A DNA stretch of 64,000 bases from Trichoplax adhaerens (Eukaryota; Animalia; Placozoa). The notes below the pieces were generated by a model. The model was given only the letters and a program-made list of their open reading frames with translations, made no database searches and was not told where the DNA came from. Positions 14,007 through 28,040 of this stretch are shown in pieces (within the stretch, counting starts at the first letter, position 1; every line of letters starts with the position of its first letter). The position numbers and the translations under genes are program-made. The DNA is taken from contig NW_002060971.1 in NCBI RefSeq assembly GCF_000150275.1, positions 227,212-291,211 of the forward strand. The letters are read 5' to 3'.

Positions 14007-16600
14007 AACAACACTCTGGTACAATTGGTATAAGAACGGTACTATGGAACTATAACTCAAGCAAATTAAAGATTTGGATATCCAGCCGGGATAGTAGAAG
14101 CTATTAAAATGTCCTTAATGTCAACGATAATCGATAGAAATGCTCATGAAGTATAATTAGCAATATTTATTATATATATAGTTTTATAGCTACACCATCT
14201 TAATATATAATGGCCTCATTCAGTACTAAAGTATATATATCAAAATGAATATTCTTATTCTCTCTATTGATTAAGATTAGGAAATTGCATAAAGAAATGA
14301 TTGAAGTAAATAATATGGTAGGATATTAAAATGACTAAAATATTTATAATACTCTGTAACTGATGTATCAAAACCGATCTTAATTCACCGTCAACATTCT
14401 TGCTGTACTAACACCTACTACTATCTAGCTTAAGATTGGACGTAATTGATATGCTGGTTATAGAAATGGAGATTCAACTACTTTTACTTGACGAATTTTC
14501 TAATATTTCTTCATCGCCTGCTACTTTCTTATACTCGTTTTATAAATGATGAAGAAGCCTATCAAGCGGTGTTGGTACTGGAATAAGACTTACAACATCG
14601 ATAGGAATAAATGATTATCTTCCGATCTGTTATTAAGGTGAAGAAAGGACTTCAAAATATCTAAAGACACTTTGCACTATGGATTGATGGATAAATATGC
14701 CAACATCATTATTTCTGCCTGCAACAGTTCCTATACTTATTGTTCAACTTTAAAAAATCTCAACCGATTCCTGAGCTCCTAAGTAAATAATTTTATATTG
14801 TCAAGATTGGAGCATAAAGGCTAGTAAAGTAATAAATTTCCACTAGCTATCGTATGAAGGTAAGGTTAATTTTGATGCATTCTATTTCTATTACAGTAAT
14901 TTACTCGCTTCCTATTAGAAATACAGTATTAAGACTAACATAATTATACGATAGCAATATCATTTATCGCAACATATAATTATTTGTATAAAATTCGATA
15001 GAAGCTACGATATTTTGCCTTCGGTGAAAATTTTCCACCGCGGAAGGATGGAAAACACTGTGAATGTTTGTTTTTGTTATAAATTTTATTCCATGATTGA
15101 TAAATTCATGCTTATTATGTGATTAATATAGAAAAGTTTCGGTCAACTATAACATAGAAAGCTACTGAATTGGTTGAAGATACGGATAAAGCTAGCTATG
15201 GTAATGGGTACAGATTGACTGCTATCCTTAATGGATATAAAGTTTCTATCTGATCAACTGTGGATAAATTGGCATTAGTACGTTACTTTATTTCAATATA
15301 GGATTGAACTCATTACTAGTAATAATTACCATTCCAGCTACAGACTAGAATATTAACTTTAGTAACTATCGATCTTATTAGATACAGCATTTGTTTCTCG
15401 CTTTCGTTAAAAGACGTTCCTTTGATATTATCCTATTATAGGATTATCAATTGTCCAGCTGTATAAGAAGGTAAGCGGATAAAGCTAAGTTTGAAGATAA
15501 AGTGTCAAGCAGTAAAGTTCTACTCATGGAAGATGAATAAGTGAAAGAGCTTCATGTGCTTCAAACTGTACCTGCAGCATTATGTGGATTAATCATTAAC
15601 AGTTCACGTTCTTCCAGTAAATAATATCTTGAATGTGATCAATCTAACCTAAATCAAAACATCTACAAAGTCTAATTTTTTATTAATTAAGCACTTTAGT
15701 ATTATTCATCAAGATCGTTCTTGACGAAACATATTTTGGTTAAGTTATCGTACTAATAATTATTTAGGTAATAAATGAAGTTGAAATGATTGCAATGCCA
15801 GTAATAGCTATAGATATTATCAATGCATGCCAATGTCTATACAAATAGGCTTGAAAAGATAAACTTGCCATAAGTAAATTTAAGCTGAATTATCTAACAA
15901 AGTATATGTTACCATTACTATACGCAAAAGCAGCCTCCTATAAACGATCAAGGCTGTTATGCTTGGAATAAATAGTTTACACCTATTAATCCTAGTTTCA
16001 GTTGCAGACATAATTGAATTAATTTAGAAGAATTAAGTAATATTAATAATTTATTGAGATAGCCTTAGATAGTATACATTAACTCCACCCCAATGTCATG
16101 ACATTAACTAATGATACTTTTAGATTAAAATCTCCTTATCAGGCAAGATCTACAGGCTATACAGTACTGTCGCACGTTATAATTATCAAGTTTATCGCTA
16201 TTTCCAAAGGTCATTATTGATAATACATGGATAGGATAATAAATTGGGTGCTACCTTTGATTATAATATCGCTTTGTTAGAGTAATTTACTGGAAATTGG
16301 CGAAGTATATTGTTTTCGAAATGGTGGGTGTCTCTGCATAACAATATATGATAGCACTTGACAGAAGAGCAAATAAATCAGTCTATTGATATGTATCAAG
16401 AAACTCGTAGCAGTCATGAAATTAGTGCTTTATAGCTTAATATTGATTCAAAAAAATCTTCATTAGCTTTGTCACATTCATATAAAACTAACTTCCTCAT
16501 GTTCAATTGGTGATAGGTATAGGTGTAGGATTCTTTTTATGCTAGCGTATAGAATGCCTGGTCCGTATTTTATATAGGGCTATTTCATAACTTTTAGATA
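14007..16600 (+). pseudogene. Decayed multi-Ig-domain plus trypsin-like (S1) serine protease gene remnant
   Basis: Ordered motif remnants broken by stops and frameshifts. Ig-like: YNWYKNG (14020-14040), LKI..SRDSRSY (14066-14104), GDSTTFT* (14468-14491), V*EGKRIKL...FYSWKMN (15461-15538), CNASNSY (15791-15811). Protease-like: GCYAW (15952-15966), then in one frame LTPPQC (16079-16096, cf. LTAAHC), IKISLSGK, LIIHG and TFDYNIALLE (16253-16282, cf. TFDYDIALL). Boundaries are approximate. Confidence 0.55.
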
Positions 16601-18639
16601 GGTTCGACTCGATCTGTTTTAATCAATTTGATTGTTTATGCTGTAAAAATTGCCATGTACCCAATTCAATAGATTTCCAAATAAAATAAACTCAGCATGA
16701 TCAGTTTGTAATCATTAGTAAAGATATATTAAATAATCTTGTTCTTGAGTTATTTTCTATTAGTCGCTAAACTAGGTCTTAGTATCATGAAAAGTATCAT
16801 CAAGAAATGTATACGATTGAAGATAGTTAGAATCCTAATTTTATATCATTGCTTGTTCTTTTATATCATTCTAGTGTGGAATGGTAAAAGCAAGTATGCA
16901 GCACTCGACTCTTTCCTGTATAATGCATGATTCCTGTATCTTATTATGCAGAGCTAAATAGTAAACAATGACTAATCATATACAACTTCAAAAGATACTT
17001 AAAGAATATGTTAACAGGTTCGAATCGATATTGTCTCATAGCTTAAATCTATCTCGACTAAAATCAATATAATATAAATCATAAGGAATATTCTATCGCC
17101 CCAATTAGTATCCAAGGTAGTATTTTCTTCAATATAACGTAGTATGGCTGAACGTGTCTTAATTCAGTTAACCTTTGTCCATGGATACTGTTCATAGCTA
17201 AGTATGGATATAACTATATGGAACTGTAAAATAAACCTTTGATATAATAAGATACGATACATATTGTCTTCTATTACCCTCTATAGTAAATAATATTAGT
17301 ATCGGCAAAAGCATTAATTAGCATTTATTCAGGTACATAAATGGGCTATTCTTCCTTTTAAAATCTTCTATCGCAGATTCAAAAGCTTATACAAAAATTA
17401 GGCAGTGCCATCGTGCTAGATTTGTGATATAATGCTATCCATATAAGAATAAATTATACGACGTTTGATTATTTTTAAGATTGTAAAAAGTTAAATGATA
17501 TTATCACAGAAACAATACAACGATAAAATGAATATGGGCAATGACTAGGGAATAAAATATCAAAATCGACTTTAATCGTTGAACCTATCTCAAAAATTTG
17601 GAAATCATTTACTAAGAAGCAGTTTATATAAACTGTTAGAGCAAACTGTTTTAGATCTAGACTGCTCTTCGGATACATCATAAAGAAATTAATTTATTGG
17701 GTTAGGGAGTAAAAGCATTATTTAAAATTTAATCGCTTGATACTAATATGAAGAGCTTTAGCGTTATGCATGTATTTAGGTATTTTAATTATACGACATG
17801 GTAAGGTGAGACCAATGAAGAATATGAACATGTTGCAAGAATTTACTTTATAGCATTAATTGAACGTAGAGCCAAGGCCATTTCACTGCGTTTCTATTTT
17901 GGGTTCTTCCTTACCATTGTAAAAGAAGAAAACTTTTCCGATGAGAATGAAGCCACTATATTACTTATCATTATATAATTCTCTTTAGCATTCTAAATGA
18001 AATCGACGTTGCATACTATTATATTGTATTGCAATATTTTCACCAGGGGGCATTTTTGTAATAGTGCGAAATAAAGTTAAGTCTCTAAATTTACAGGCAA
18101 ATAAATAGTATTCTTTCGCAATTTTTCCTTGATCGTGATGATACCTACGTATGCCAGTATCTCCTGAGAATGTGATTAACGTTATTGCATACAATCATGA
18201 AGTTCTCCTTATTACTGTATTTTGATAGAAAGGGACTTTTTACATATGATATTCCCTAGCTCCTTATTGGTGCTCGTTTTTATTGCAAAGGTGCATATAA
18301 CGTAAATTCATCCAATTTTCCTGTAAAGCATATTTTCTTATACGTCTGGAATCTTTCTTATAATGATAACAGAATAGCGTGACTTTTAAGAAAGGGACCA
18401 GAAATATTGTTTGTAATCGTATATGATTCACTATTTTATATAGAAGAATGACATTTACCTAGATATGAAAGTTCAGCAATTTTTTTTTCATGATGTCAAT
18501 ACAACAAAAACTGGACTAGTATGAAGCTTAATCAGATAGTAGATTATTCTAGGGTTCTAACGTCATCTGAACTACTTTAAAAATTGGTTTATTTAGACTG
18601 TAAACAGGAATGTTATTTATAATGACCTATAATTATTAA

Positions 18640-19850
18640 ATTATAATTTACCCTTACCTTTTGTAGAAAGTCATATCCTCTTTATTTTCTAGCTTTATGC
18701 TAGTGCTAGTTTGTATTCTAGCGATACAATGCAAAGGGAAGAATCGCTTACATTGCTTTTAGAAAATTTTTGTGTTCTACAACGTTTGTAGATAGCATAA
18801 AAATATTTCTATTGAGAACGTGAGCAGAAATTATTTAGGATGATATACAATGCACACTCGTATCTTGAAGATATTCATGTCTTCTATCTTTTTAAGTGTT
18901 CTATTGGTCATAATTCATGTTATGATAGCACATCGTAAAGGCAGAAATCTCCTAATAGGCTTAGAGGGTAATATTGTTGTCTATGATCATTGTCGCTATA
19001 ATAAAAATATACCTATTTGCCAAGAAATTGATGTCCTCCATATAGTATTCTCGCTTGTGCTATACAATCTTTCAAGCTATCATAAAAGTGCACCTTGTTT
19101 ATATAAATATGACCAGGGATACTATTTGCTAAGAAATTGATGTCCTCTATGTTGTATTCTCACTTATGCTCTGCAGTGTTCTTAAAACTTTTATAACAGC
19201 CTTAGTTTTTGTTGTATAGTAGTGGTACAAATAAATAAAGAAAATCGCTTAATTCGCTATTTTTGTCGCATTTAGATCTACATAACGATCTTAATAGCAT
19301 ACCTATTACACTTATGGCTTTGGATACCATTCATAAAGAAAATTAAATTCTTCATAGACTCGAGCTATACACTGATCTTAGTTATAATTTTGTTATGGCA
19401 GCACAATAGATAATCGCTTAATTCACTTTCATATGTTCAATATTCTTGTCTTCTACGATCAACAAAATGACCATAATAGCATATCTATTCAGGATACAGC
19501 TAGGGATACTATTTGTATAGAAACTTAAATTCTTCATAGACTCAAGCTTTACATCTAGCTATTATGACAGCTTTTCAATATCAAGTAAAAAAGTCGCTAA
19601 TTTGCTTAATGTTCCAGGTCAATATTCTAGTGCTACGCAGTTTACCAAATTATGATAAAATATGCTTGTTGAGAGCATTGCCAAGGACATCATAGACAAT
19701 CCTTCAATTCCTTCTTGGTAATTTGATATCAAGCGATACTGTATGCATTTCAAAACTTCTTGTTGGATGTTGGTCTTGATTAGCATGCCATGATATAAAG
19801 GGAAATTGCTTATTTTGCCTATAAGGCATTTAAATATTCTTTTTGCACTA
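18640..19850. repeat. Highly degenerate tandem duplications (~110-190 bp)
   Basis: AATCGCTTA at 18742, 19243, 19412. AGAAATTGATGTCCTC at 19023 and 19132. AAATTCTTCATAGACTC at 19345 and 19527. Confidence 0.7.
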
Positions 19851-20467
19851 TGATGTTCTTACCCTGTTGTGAATCAATATTGATAAGATTGTCTTTTGTT
19901 GTAGTAATAACCAATGAAAAATAAGATCAATCATCATGTGATTGATGAATTACTAGCCAACAAAGAAAGAACAATTCAACAAAGAATAAACGCTTGATTT
20001 CTTATTGTTTTCATGATAGATATCATCTAACCTTATCAGTAGCAGTTTAACTACAATTAATTGACTAGTCGCTAACTTAGTTGCATTTGGATCTTGTTAG
20101 TGGTGGCATCCAAGTTGAATCAACGATCGAAAGAAGATTAACTGATCATTCGTGGGATAAGGTAAGAGGAAATGATTTGGTCCAATTTGTCTTGAAATAA
20201 TTTCTTTTTTCGTCAGTCAATTACACGATGGCTATTGAGTTAATAGCAAATAATTGCCATCAATTACAAAAATTTAGCTTCGAATGGTGATTTATGTTAG
20301 CTTTAAATCGATATTCATTACCCAGTTGAAGAGTCGGCACAAACGAGGTGAAATAAATTTAAGGCAGTTTAGGATAGAACATTATGAAAGTATTTTGATG
20401 GACTAAGTAGTTGGCATCATTACAGTATCTACTTTTAGTCAACAATGCTAATAGCTACTGATGTTTA

Positions 20468-21352
20468 GATCGTTTTAAAGTCGTTTAGAAACAGAATTTT
20501 TAAAATAAATAATGCAGATAATGTGATCAGGCGCAATTGTTAGCAAGATCGATTTAGAACCATTGAAAAATAGAGTTTTTAAGATAAATAAGAAGTGTAA
20601 TCTAGTCGGACGCTATTTGTAGTAAGATCGATTTAAAGTCATCGAGAAATTGAGCTTTAAATTAAATAAGATGTGTAATCTGGTCAGATACGATTGGTCA
20701 AGACGATCGATTTAAAGTCATTGTGAAATACCGTTGTAAAATAAATAAGAAGTGTAAAATGGTCAGGTGGCATTTGTTAGCACGATCAATTGAAAGTTGT
20801 TGAGAAATAGAGCTTTAAGATAAATAAATATATAATACGTGTAATAGAGTCAGGCGTTATTTGCAGGAAGATCGATTTGAAACCAACGAGAAATAGAGTT
20901 TTGAAATTAAATAAGACGTGGAATAGGTGCCAATCGTTAGGAAAATTGATTTAAATCATTGAGAAAATAGTTAAAAAAATAACACGTGTAAAATGGTTAG
21001 GTGCCAATTGCTTGCAGATCAATCGATTAGAAATCATTGAGAAATAGAATTTTTAAATAAAATATATGCAATATAGCCAGGCGCCATTAATTAGCAAGAT
21101 CAATATGAAGTCATTGTGAAATAGAGTTTATAAAATAAATAAGATATGTAATACAGTCAGATACCTTCGGATAGGAATATCGATTTGAAATTGTTGCGAA
21201 ATAGAGTTTTTAAAATGAATAAGAAGTGTGCTATTGTCAGATGCTATTGATTTAGATTTAGAGGATCAATCTGAAGTTGTTGAGAAATTGAGTTTTCAAA
21301 ATAAAATAAGACGGGTAATATGGTCAGGTTCCATTGGCTAGCAAGATCGATG
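20468..21352. repeat. Tandem array, ~79-bp unit x ~11, diverged copies
   Basis: Consensus about GATCGATTTAAAGTCATTGAGAAATAGAGTTTTAAAATAAATAAGATGTGTAATxTGGTCAGG...TTGTTAGCAA, recurring at ~20468, 20547, 20626, 20705, 20784, 20870, 20945, 21017, 21098, 21178, 21264, 21345. Confidence 0.9.
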
Positions 21353-22564
21353 GAACCTGGCGAGTGTGAGTTGGTCTTACCTATCTTGGCTCTTCATTAC
21401 TTAATTTATGATTAACTGAGTAGGTAAGTAGTGATCAATCATACTGTAATATAGTTTCTATTCTGATTCTGCTGTTGGAATTAAGCAATGCTTTCAAATC
21501 ATTCTTTCTTAATACAAACATTTCCTAAACAGCTAGTTTCTATTTTATGAAATTTTTCTTTCTGAAAATAGATCTTAAGTGCATACTACTCTATGAATAG
21601 ATTATTCAAATTGAGTGTACCATGTTTTATACGGTGCATGGAGGTATAGTATTTATACACTACTATACTCTGATAATTATATAATCCATCTTGGTAAAGA
21701 AAACATAGCACAATAATCATTAAAAACGAGTAATAAAACTGTCTTGGACAGATGGTCACAATTAACTGAAATAGGCTTGATTGATAGAACAAAAATTGGA
21801 TTACAATGGCAATCATTTTCATTATTTCTTATGTCTTCTTTTTAAGTTAGTCTTATATATAATATCCGGTAAATCTTGCGTTGATTAATAATATTGCCCT
21901 ACAAAATCAAATACCGAGGGTAGATGGGATGAGATATTGGGTTTAAATAGAACAGATCATGAAATTTCAGACACTGACATCCGTTGATTTAATGATGCAC
22001 TAACCAATAACACTAAAAGTTAACGTCCAATCTTAGGATACAAAATTTATGTGATATTAGCCTTACGATCTTATCGGATTTATACAGCTACACGTACATT
22101 ATATAAGTCTATAAGTCTTGTTAGTAAAGCTATAAGAATAGTTTGAAATTTCAAAAGATTTGCCAACAATGTCATCTCGATGGTTTAAAGTCAATCTTAA
22201 CTATAAATTTAATAATTTAGCTTTAGTAGTATAGTATCTTTGTTTATAATGAGTGCTCGTAGGCATCATCTTATTTGTACGATATCGTTATTAGGGATCT
22301 AAAATTTTTTAATACCTTAATAGAACAGATCCATTAAATAATTTAATGAACGCAATCTTGAATCCATTACTTACATTAAAACCAATATAGCGAGCATGGT
22401 GCTGACAAATAATTGAATTTCACTGTTTAATTAAGATCAAATATACAGAATAAACTACTTGAACTAATCTTGGAATATTAATATACTGTATAGGTATAAA
22501 AATTGGCTACATCGATAGTATAATTAATCTATAACATCAACTTGATTGATTCAATTCACAACTA

Positions 22565-25500
22565 ATGAATATGACTGAAATTAAAACAACGCAAGATTCA
22601 GTAAAGTCCTATTATGGTTTTGGTCATTTTCATCCAAAATGGCTGCAATGCTTAAATCATCGATGGGCTCTCATTACTGTTGTATGCTTGCAAGTTTTTA
22701 TTGCTGGCATGCTAGTCAATGGATTTGATACAGTTACAGTCAGTTCTGTAGAGAAAAGATTTCATTTAAAAAGCACAGAGATAGGAGCATTTCCAGCATG
22801 TGAGGAAGTCTCTGCTGCTATCACTGGTTTCCTTGCTAGCTATTACGCTGGTCAACGACATAAGGGCAAATTCTTAGCGACAGGCGCCGCTGCAACAGGT
22901 ATTGGTGCTATAATTTATGCTCTACCTCATTTCTTTGCTGGTCAATATCATCCAGCAAGTCCTATTACAAATTATACTGATTTATGCATGGCTAAGCCGT
23001 CCTCTTTTGCTGCTGAAATTTGTCAGGAAGAAGGCAGCCGAAGTAACACTTTTGTCCGAAATTTCTTTTTCGTGTTTATTTTGGGTCAAATTATAATTGG
23101 AGCAGGCAATAACTTATTGTGGAATATTGGATGCGCCTATGTTGATGAAAATGTTCATCCCACATCATCTGCGATGTATCTTGCAGCTATGCTAACTTTA
23201 TCGACTGTTGGGCCATCTGTAGGTCTACAGCTTGCAAGTAGAGTATTACGAATGTATGTTGATTCTCCTGCTTCGGCACCAGAAGGTAAATTTAGCTATA
23301 TGACTATGTACACGTACGATATGAAATGATATGAAAATATTCCATGAAATTATAATAGATTGTGTTGATCAAAATGTTACTGTTACTGTAATATATGATG
23401 TATCTTGTATGAAATAATATGTACATTAGGATGGTTATGCTGCAAATTTATTGATTGCATTGAGCAACTGTAAACTAAAGTATTACAGTATTAATAAAGT
23501 AAATGTGTTTATACTTTAACTACATACGAGAACTATTGTTAAATCATTATTTAGGATTGACCATACTAGATCCAAGATGGATTGGGGCTTGGTGGATTTG
23601 CTTTCTCATTGCTGGTGTGGGCCTTCTTATTATATCGATACCCCTTTATGGATTTCCTCGCCATTTACCAAACTATGAAAAATATAAGAAAATGCGTCAA
23701 GAAAAAGCCAATGAAACTTCTAAAATCGATTATGAATATGGCTACACTATTAAAGATATGCTTAAAGCAAGTAAAGAATTAGTAACTAATAAGCCATACA
23801 TGCTGCTAGTTGGAGGTCTCGTATCTCAGTATGTTACAGTATCAGGCCTCGGATATTTCCTAATTAAGATATTTGAAGCCCAATTTCGTATGCCAGCGTA
23901 CCAAGCAGGTCCAATCTTGAGCTATATCGCTCTAGGTGGTGGTGCAGGAGGAATGCTAATGGTAAACTGTAATACTACTACAATAGGATACAACCAATTT
24001 ATAATATCAGTCTAATCCTAATATTTAAATCTCCATAATATCCTATTCTTTGATTTATAGCAATATTTTGGATAATATTTTTGATGTTTGTTATATTAAA
24101 AATATCTTATTTGTGATTACCAAGAAGTCAAACGCTATTTATTGATTTAGTATTTGATCATTGAATATTAGGGTGGTGTGGTGATGAAGCTATTTAAAAT
24201 GAACGGTGCTAAAGCTGCACAATTAGCATTTTTTCTGGGTATTGTTGATACTATCGCAGCAGCAACCTTCTTAGCTGGTTGCCCAAATCTTCCATTTGCT
24301 GGAGTAAATAGTCCCTATTCTGCGAATCTTATAACTGATACACCTAAGTAAGTATTCCACAATAGCTTCTTTGCAGTAATTTTTAATTTATCCTTCCTAT
24401 ATAGCTCTAATAAAAAGATGTTACAGCAACTTCTAACTATGCCATAATTGTTTAATTCTATTCATGATTACACCAACTTTGAACTGTTATCCACAGATTG
24501 GGAGAACCAATTCTAGCTGCTACATGTAATTCTGGGTGTATGTGCAATGATGTTAAATACAACCCGATTTGTGGAGTTGATGGTACAACTTATTTCTCTC
24601 CTTGCCATGCTGGGTGTTCAAGCAGTATCTACGTACCGCAATATTACACTTATGTAATAATTTAGCAAGAGCTACTATTATCATCGATATATAAAAATAA
24701 TTTATTTCTTAGTTAATGATGAGAAAATCCTTATCTGATTTCATTTATACCTTACTATACAGGCCTATTTGAACTGCAGCTGCATCAAAAAAGAGAATAA
24801 TTTAACTTCAGCTTTTGATGCTAGAGGTGGATTATGTTCTGCGTCTTGTTCCTTATTGACTCCGTTTTATGTTGGTTTAACTATTTATGTCTTGGCGTCA
24901 TCCGCTAAAATTGTATCAGCAATGGAAGCAATATTAAGGTATTGATACATATTTGCCTTACTTATCGAAAATTAGATTTTATAATGATCAGAAGAGATAG
25001 CTGTATCTCTATTTTATATATCGTTCCATTGAGGCTAATGAGGAAATAAATGAAAATTAACAGATCACTTAAAGTTTTTTTTATTAAATTCCCTTTATCA
25101 AAAATAGACGTTATTGATTGTCCATATTGAAGTCTCTGCTAAGAGCGTCGATAATATCTTTAGTCTATTTCATAAAAACATCTCTAACTAACTATCTTCA
25201 AGATATTTACGACAGTATAAAGTAAAATTACATCTAGAAATGCCTCTGTTAGCGCTATAATTTGAGTAGTTAACTCTTATTTAAGAAAAACTGACCTTTA
25301 AGAGATTTATGATAGTATAAAGTAAGCTTACGTTTAGAAATATTTCTGGTAGTAAGTGCTATAATCTGAGTACTTGTATCACATTTTAAGAAAGCTTTTC
25401 TTTTAATAATGCCTTAAAGGAGCGTACCAGAAAGCCAAAGATCATATGCAATGGGCCTCAATTGGGCTTTTCTTCGATTAGCAGCCAGTATGCCAGGTCC

Positions 25501-25792
25501 AATTATTGTTGGCATATTTATAGATCAGTCGTGCATTTTATGGACTAAAAATTGCGATTCCTCTTCAACTTGTTGGGTTTATGATAGTAAAACTATATCT
25601 TATTATATTACAATTTTAATCGCAATCGTTAAAACTTTAGGCACAATCTGCTTTTTTTTTAGTTGGTGGCATCATAAAAGCCATCAGATTACAGAAATTG
25701 AGAATAATCCTAATCAGCAAATATCTATTAAATGTAGACCTCCAATTCATAACGATAAAGTATTACTGAAACTGTACGAAAGTACAGTTTGA
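22565..25792 (+). CDS. SLCO/OATP transporter, paralog B, ~669 aa
   Basis: Exons 22565-23285, 23555-23961, 24172-24347, 24497-24653, 24763-24938, 25420-25792 total 2010 nt in frame. Internal exon sizes (407/176/157/176) are identical to paralogs A and C. Has DPRWIGAWW, the Kazal-like loop and C-terminal ESTV. Confidence 0.95.
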
Positions 25793-27579
25793 AAAATAAG
25801 ATTCTCTTGATAGACTATAATCATCTCCAACTATTACTTTTAACTAACCCAACATTCTTATTCTCTCAGCAGTAAAAGCAACTCTTTGCCATATATAATA
25901 CCTAAATTAAAATTGAAATTAGCCAAATTTAGAGAATAAGTTTAAATCATTAACAATATTCTAATTCTCTCAGCAGCAAAAACAGCTCTTTGCTATTTAT
26001 AATACATAGGTAAGATAGAACACATCCCAATTTAGAGAATAAGTTATGGCCTTTTATTTGATAGATGGAATAAGAAAATAGTCTCCACAATATAATAACT
26101 TGTACTATACTAACCCGGTTGTGCTGTAAAGTGTATAAAATATATAAACGGAATCAAAGATCAATTAAAAATTTTTGGAAGTAATTACTTAGACAAAACG
26201 GTATGTCGAATAGGTGCGTTGCGCATTTAACTTTTAGAAGCAGCTATAAGCCATCTTTGGAGCATGTAAAGCCTTATCATTTTATTACGCTAATGATGCA
26301 TTTATATTTAATTGAAACTATAGATAATGATGACATACTACAAAAGAATATGAAAGATAATAGTTAATATGTTAAATGATTCAGAGAACTTATCAAAACT
26401 GTGATCCTATGTAAACAGTGGTCTTAAAGGAATAATTTTATAAGAATAAATATTTTAAAGAATACGAGTCTGTATAGTATATGTTTTCTTGATTGTAGCG
26501 AGTTCTAGTGGAACTGCAGGTGGCCATAATGTTAGAATATAGAGAAAAATGTAAAAATAATAAGCATCCTAGCGGACTGTCTTATGCTGAATAAGACATT
26601 CAATCCGATGGGAGTGCTAAGATATTTTTATTCTATACGAGTTAAAATGGAACCCTATTATCATCGCTAGAGATGTTAATATGTTGCGCGATAACTTCAC
26701 TATCAAGGATGAATTATAGGATTCTGTGTAACAATTTGTGCTTGTTAGAGTGCTTAGATAGCTATAAATAGATTCTAAAAGAACTGGAAATCAGGTTAAT
26801 ATATTAGACTTTAGAGGACAGCATTAAGAAAATAAAATTAATTAATTTACACTGACAATATGAATAGAGATGTAGGTGCCAAGATGGATTTCTGCTACGC
26901 ATGATAACGTAAGCCATAGATTTTTTAACCTGCAGTATATTCCCTCTCGGTACACATCTAATAAATCATATAAAGATCGAAGGTTGTGCCTAGTTGTGAT
27001 ATACATATCAATTTATTACAATTAGCAAGATAAAGAGTTATTTATCAAGACGATATATTTGTCGAGCATTTAGTTTGAAAAGCGTTAAATTGATATCCAT
27101 GTGAGTATCAATTTACCATCGAAACTAAAGTTTTTACTAGATTTCGATTTGATAAAAGAGATTCAGTGTGAATGTCATTTATCATCGAGAATAAAATTCT
27201 ATTGGATTTAGATTAGAGTGAAGAGTATTCAATGTGAATGTAAATTTATCATCAAGAATAAAGTTCCATTGGATTTAGGTTAAATAGGAGGGCATTTAAT
27301 TTATCTAAATGCCCGTCTAAAATATACATTATACGGGCTATCTGATGATAAGTTAAATTTTACAACTGTATTACAATTAAAGGATAAAGTATAGTAATTC
27401 TAGAGAGCCGATTTCCTGTTGAGCAAGTAAAAATATCACTTTATTATCGATAAAAATGTAGTGTTTTTACTAGATGAATAATATGAATACAACTAATAAT
27501 ATTGTAGGATAGAGAACTGGAGTTGATTAGTTAGCAATTTGATGTGTTTGATTTAGCCATTTATAAATGGGTTCCTTTT

Positions 27580-28040
27580 TTAGCTGATTGACTTTGCAAT
27601 AAGCCAATTAATGTATTCACCATTTTCATGTCCTGACAGGCAAGTCATGTTACAATATGATTAAGATTAAAAAAATCGTCTTGTACATGTTCTAAACTCC
27701 TCCCATAAGGTACCGCTATTCTGTGTTTCTGTAAAGAAATAACTGGAGCGACTGCCTCCTTAAATTAATTAACATTTTCATGGGGTAATGGGGTACCGTA
27801 TCTCCTTGTCTGATAATTAAAATATATATTATAGAAGTAGTTGATTGTTTATAAATGGACAGCCTAGACTCACAGGTTAAAATTAGCATTGATTAGATCA
27901 ACGGAAGCGTAAGTGATCCATTCATATATGTCGGCAATTGTCGATCATCAAATAGTTTAGTTGTTTTCCAAGCTTTTGGATAATAATATCACGTGAGTTT
28001 ATTGAAGGAAAGCCTTTAAAAGTCGTCGTATAAACTATTG
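27580..28040 (+). promoter_or_regulatory. Putative SLCO-C upstream regulatory block conserved with SLCO-A upstream (11620-12120, - strand)
   Basis: Collinear shared blocks in gene orientation: AATAAGCCAATTAA (CCAAT box), ACTCCTCCC...CTATTCTGT, and CACGTGA...GAAAGCxTTTAAAA. The E-box lies at 27990-27995 and 11678-11683. Confidence 0.5.

Noticed and set aside
20468-21352. CRISPR-like periodicity
   Set aside because: Whole units are homologous with no unique spacers, there are no cas genes, and the context is eukaryotic.
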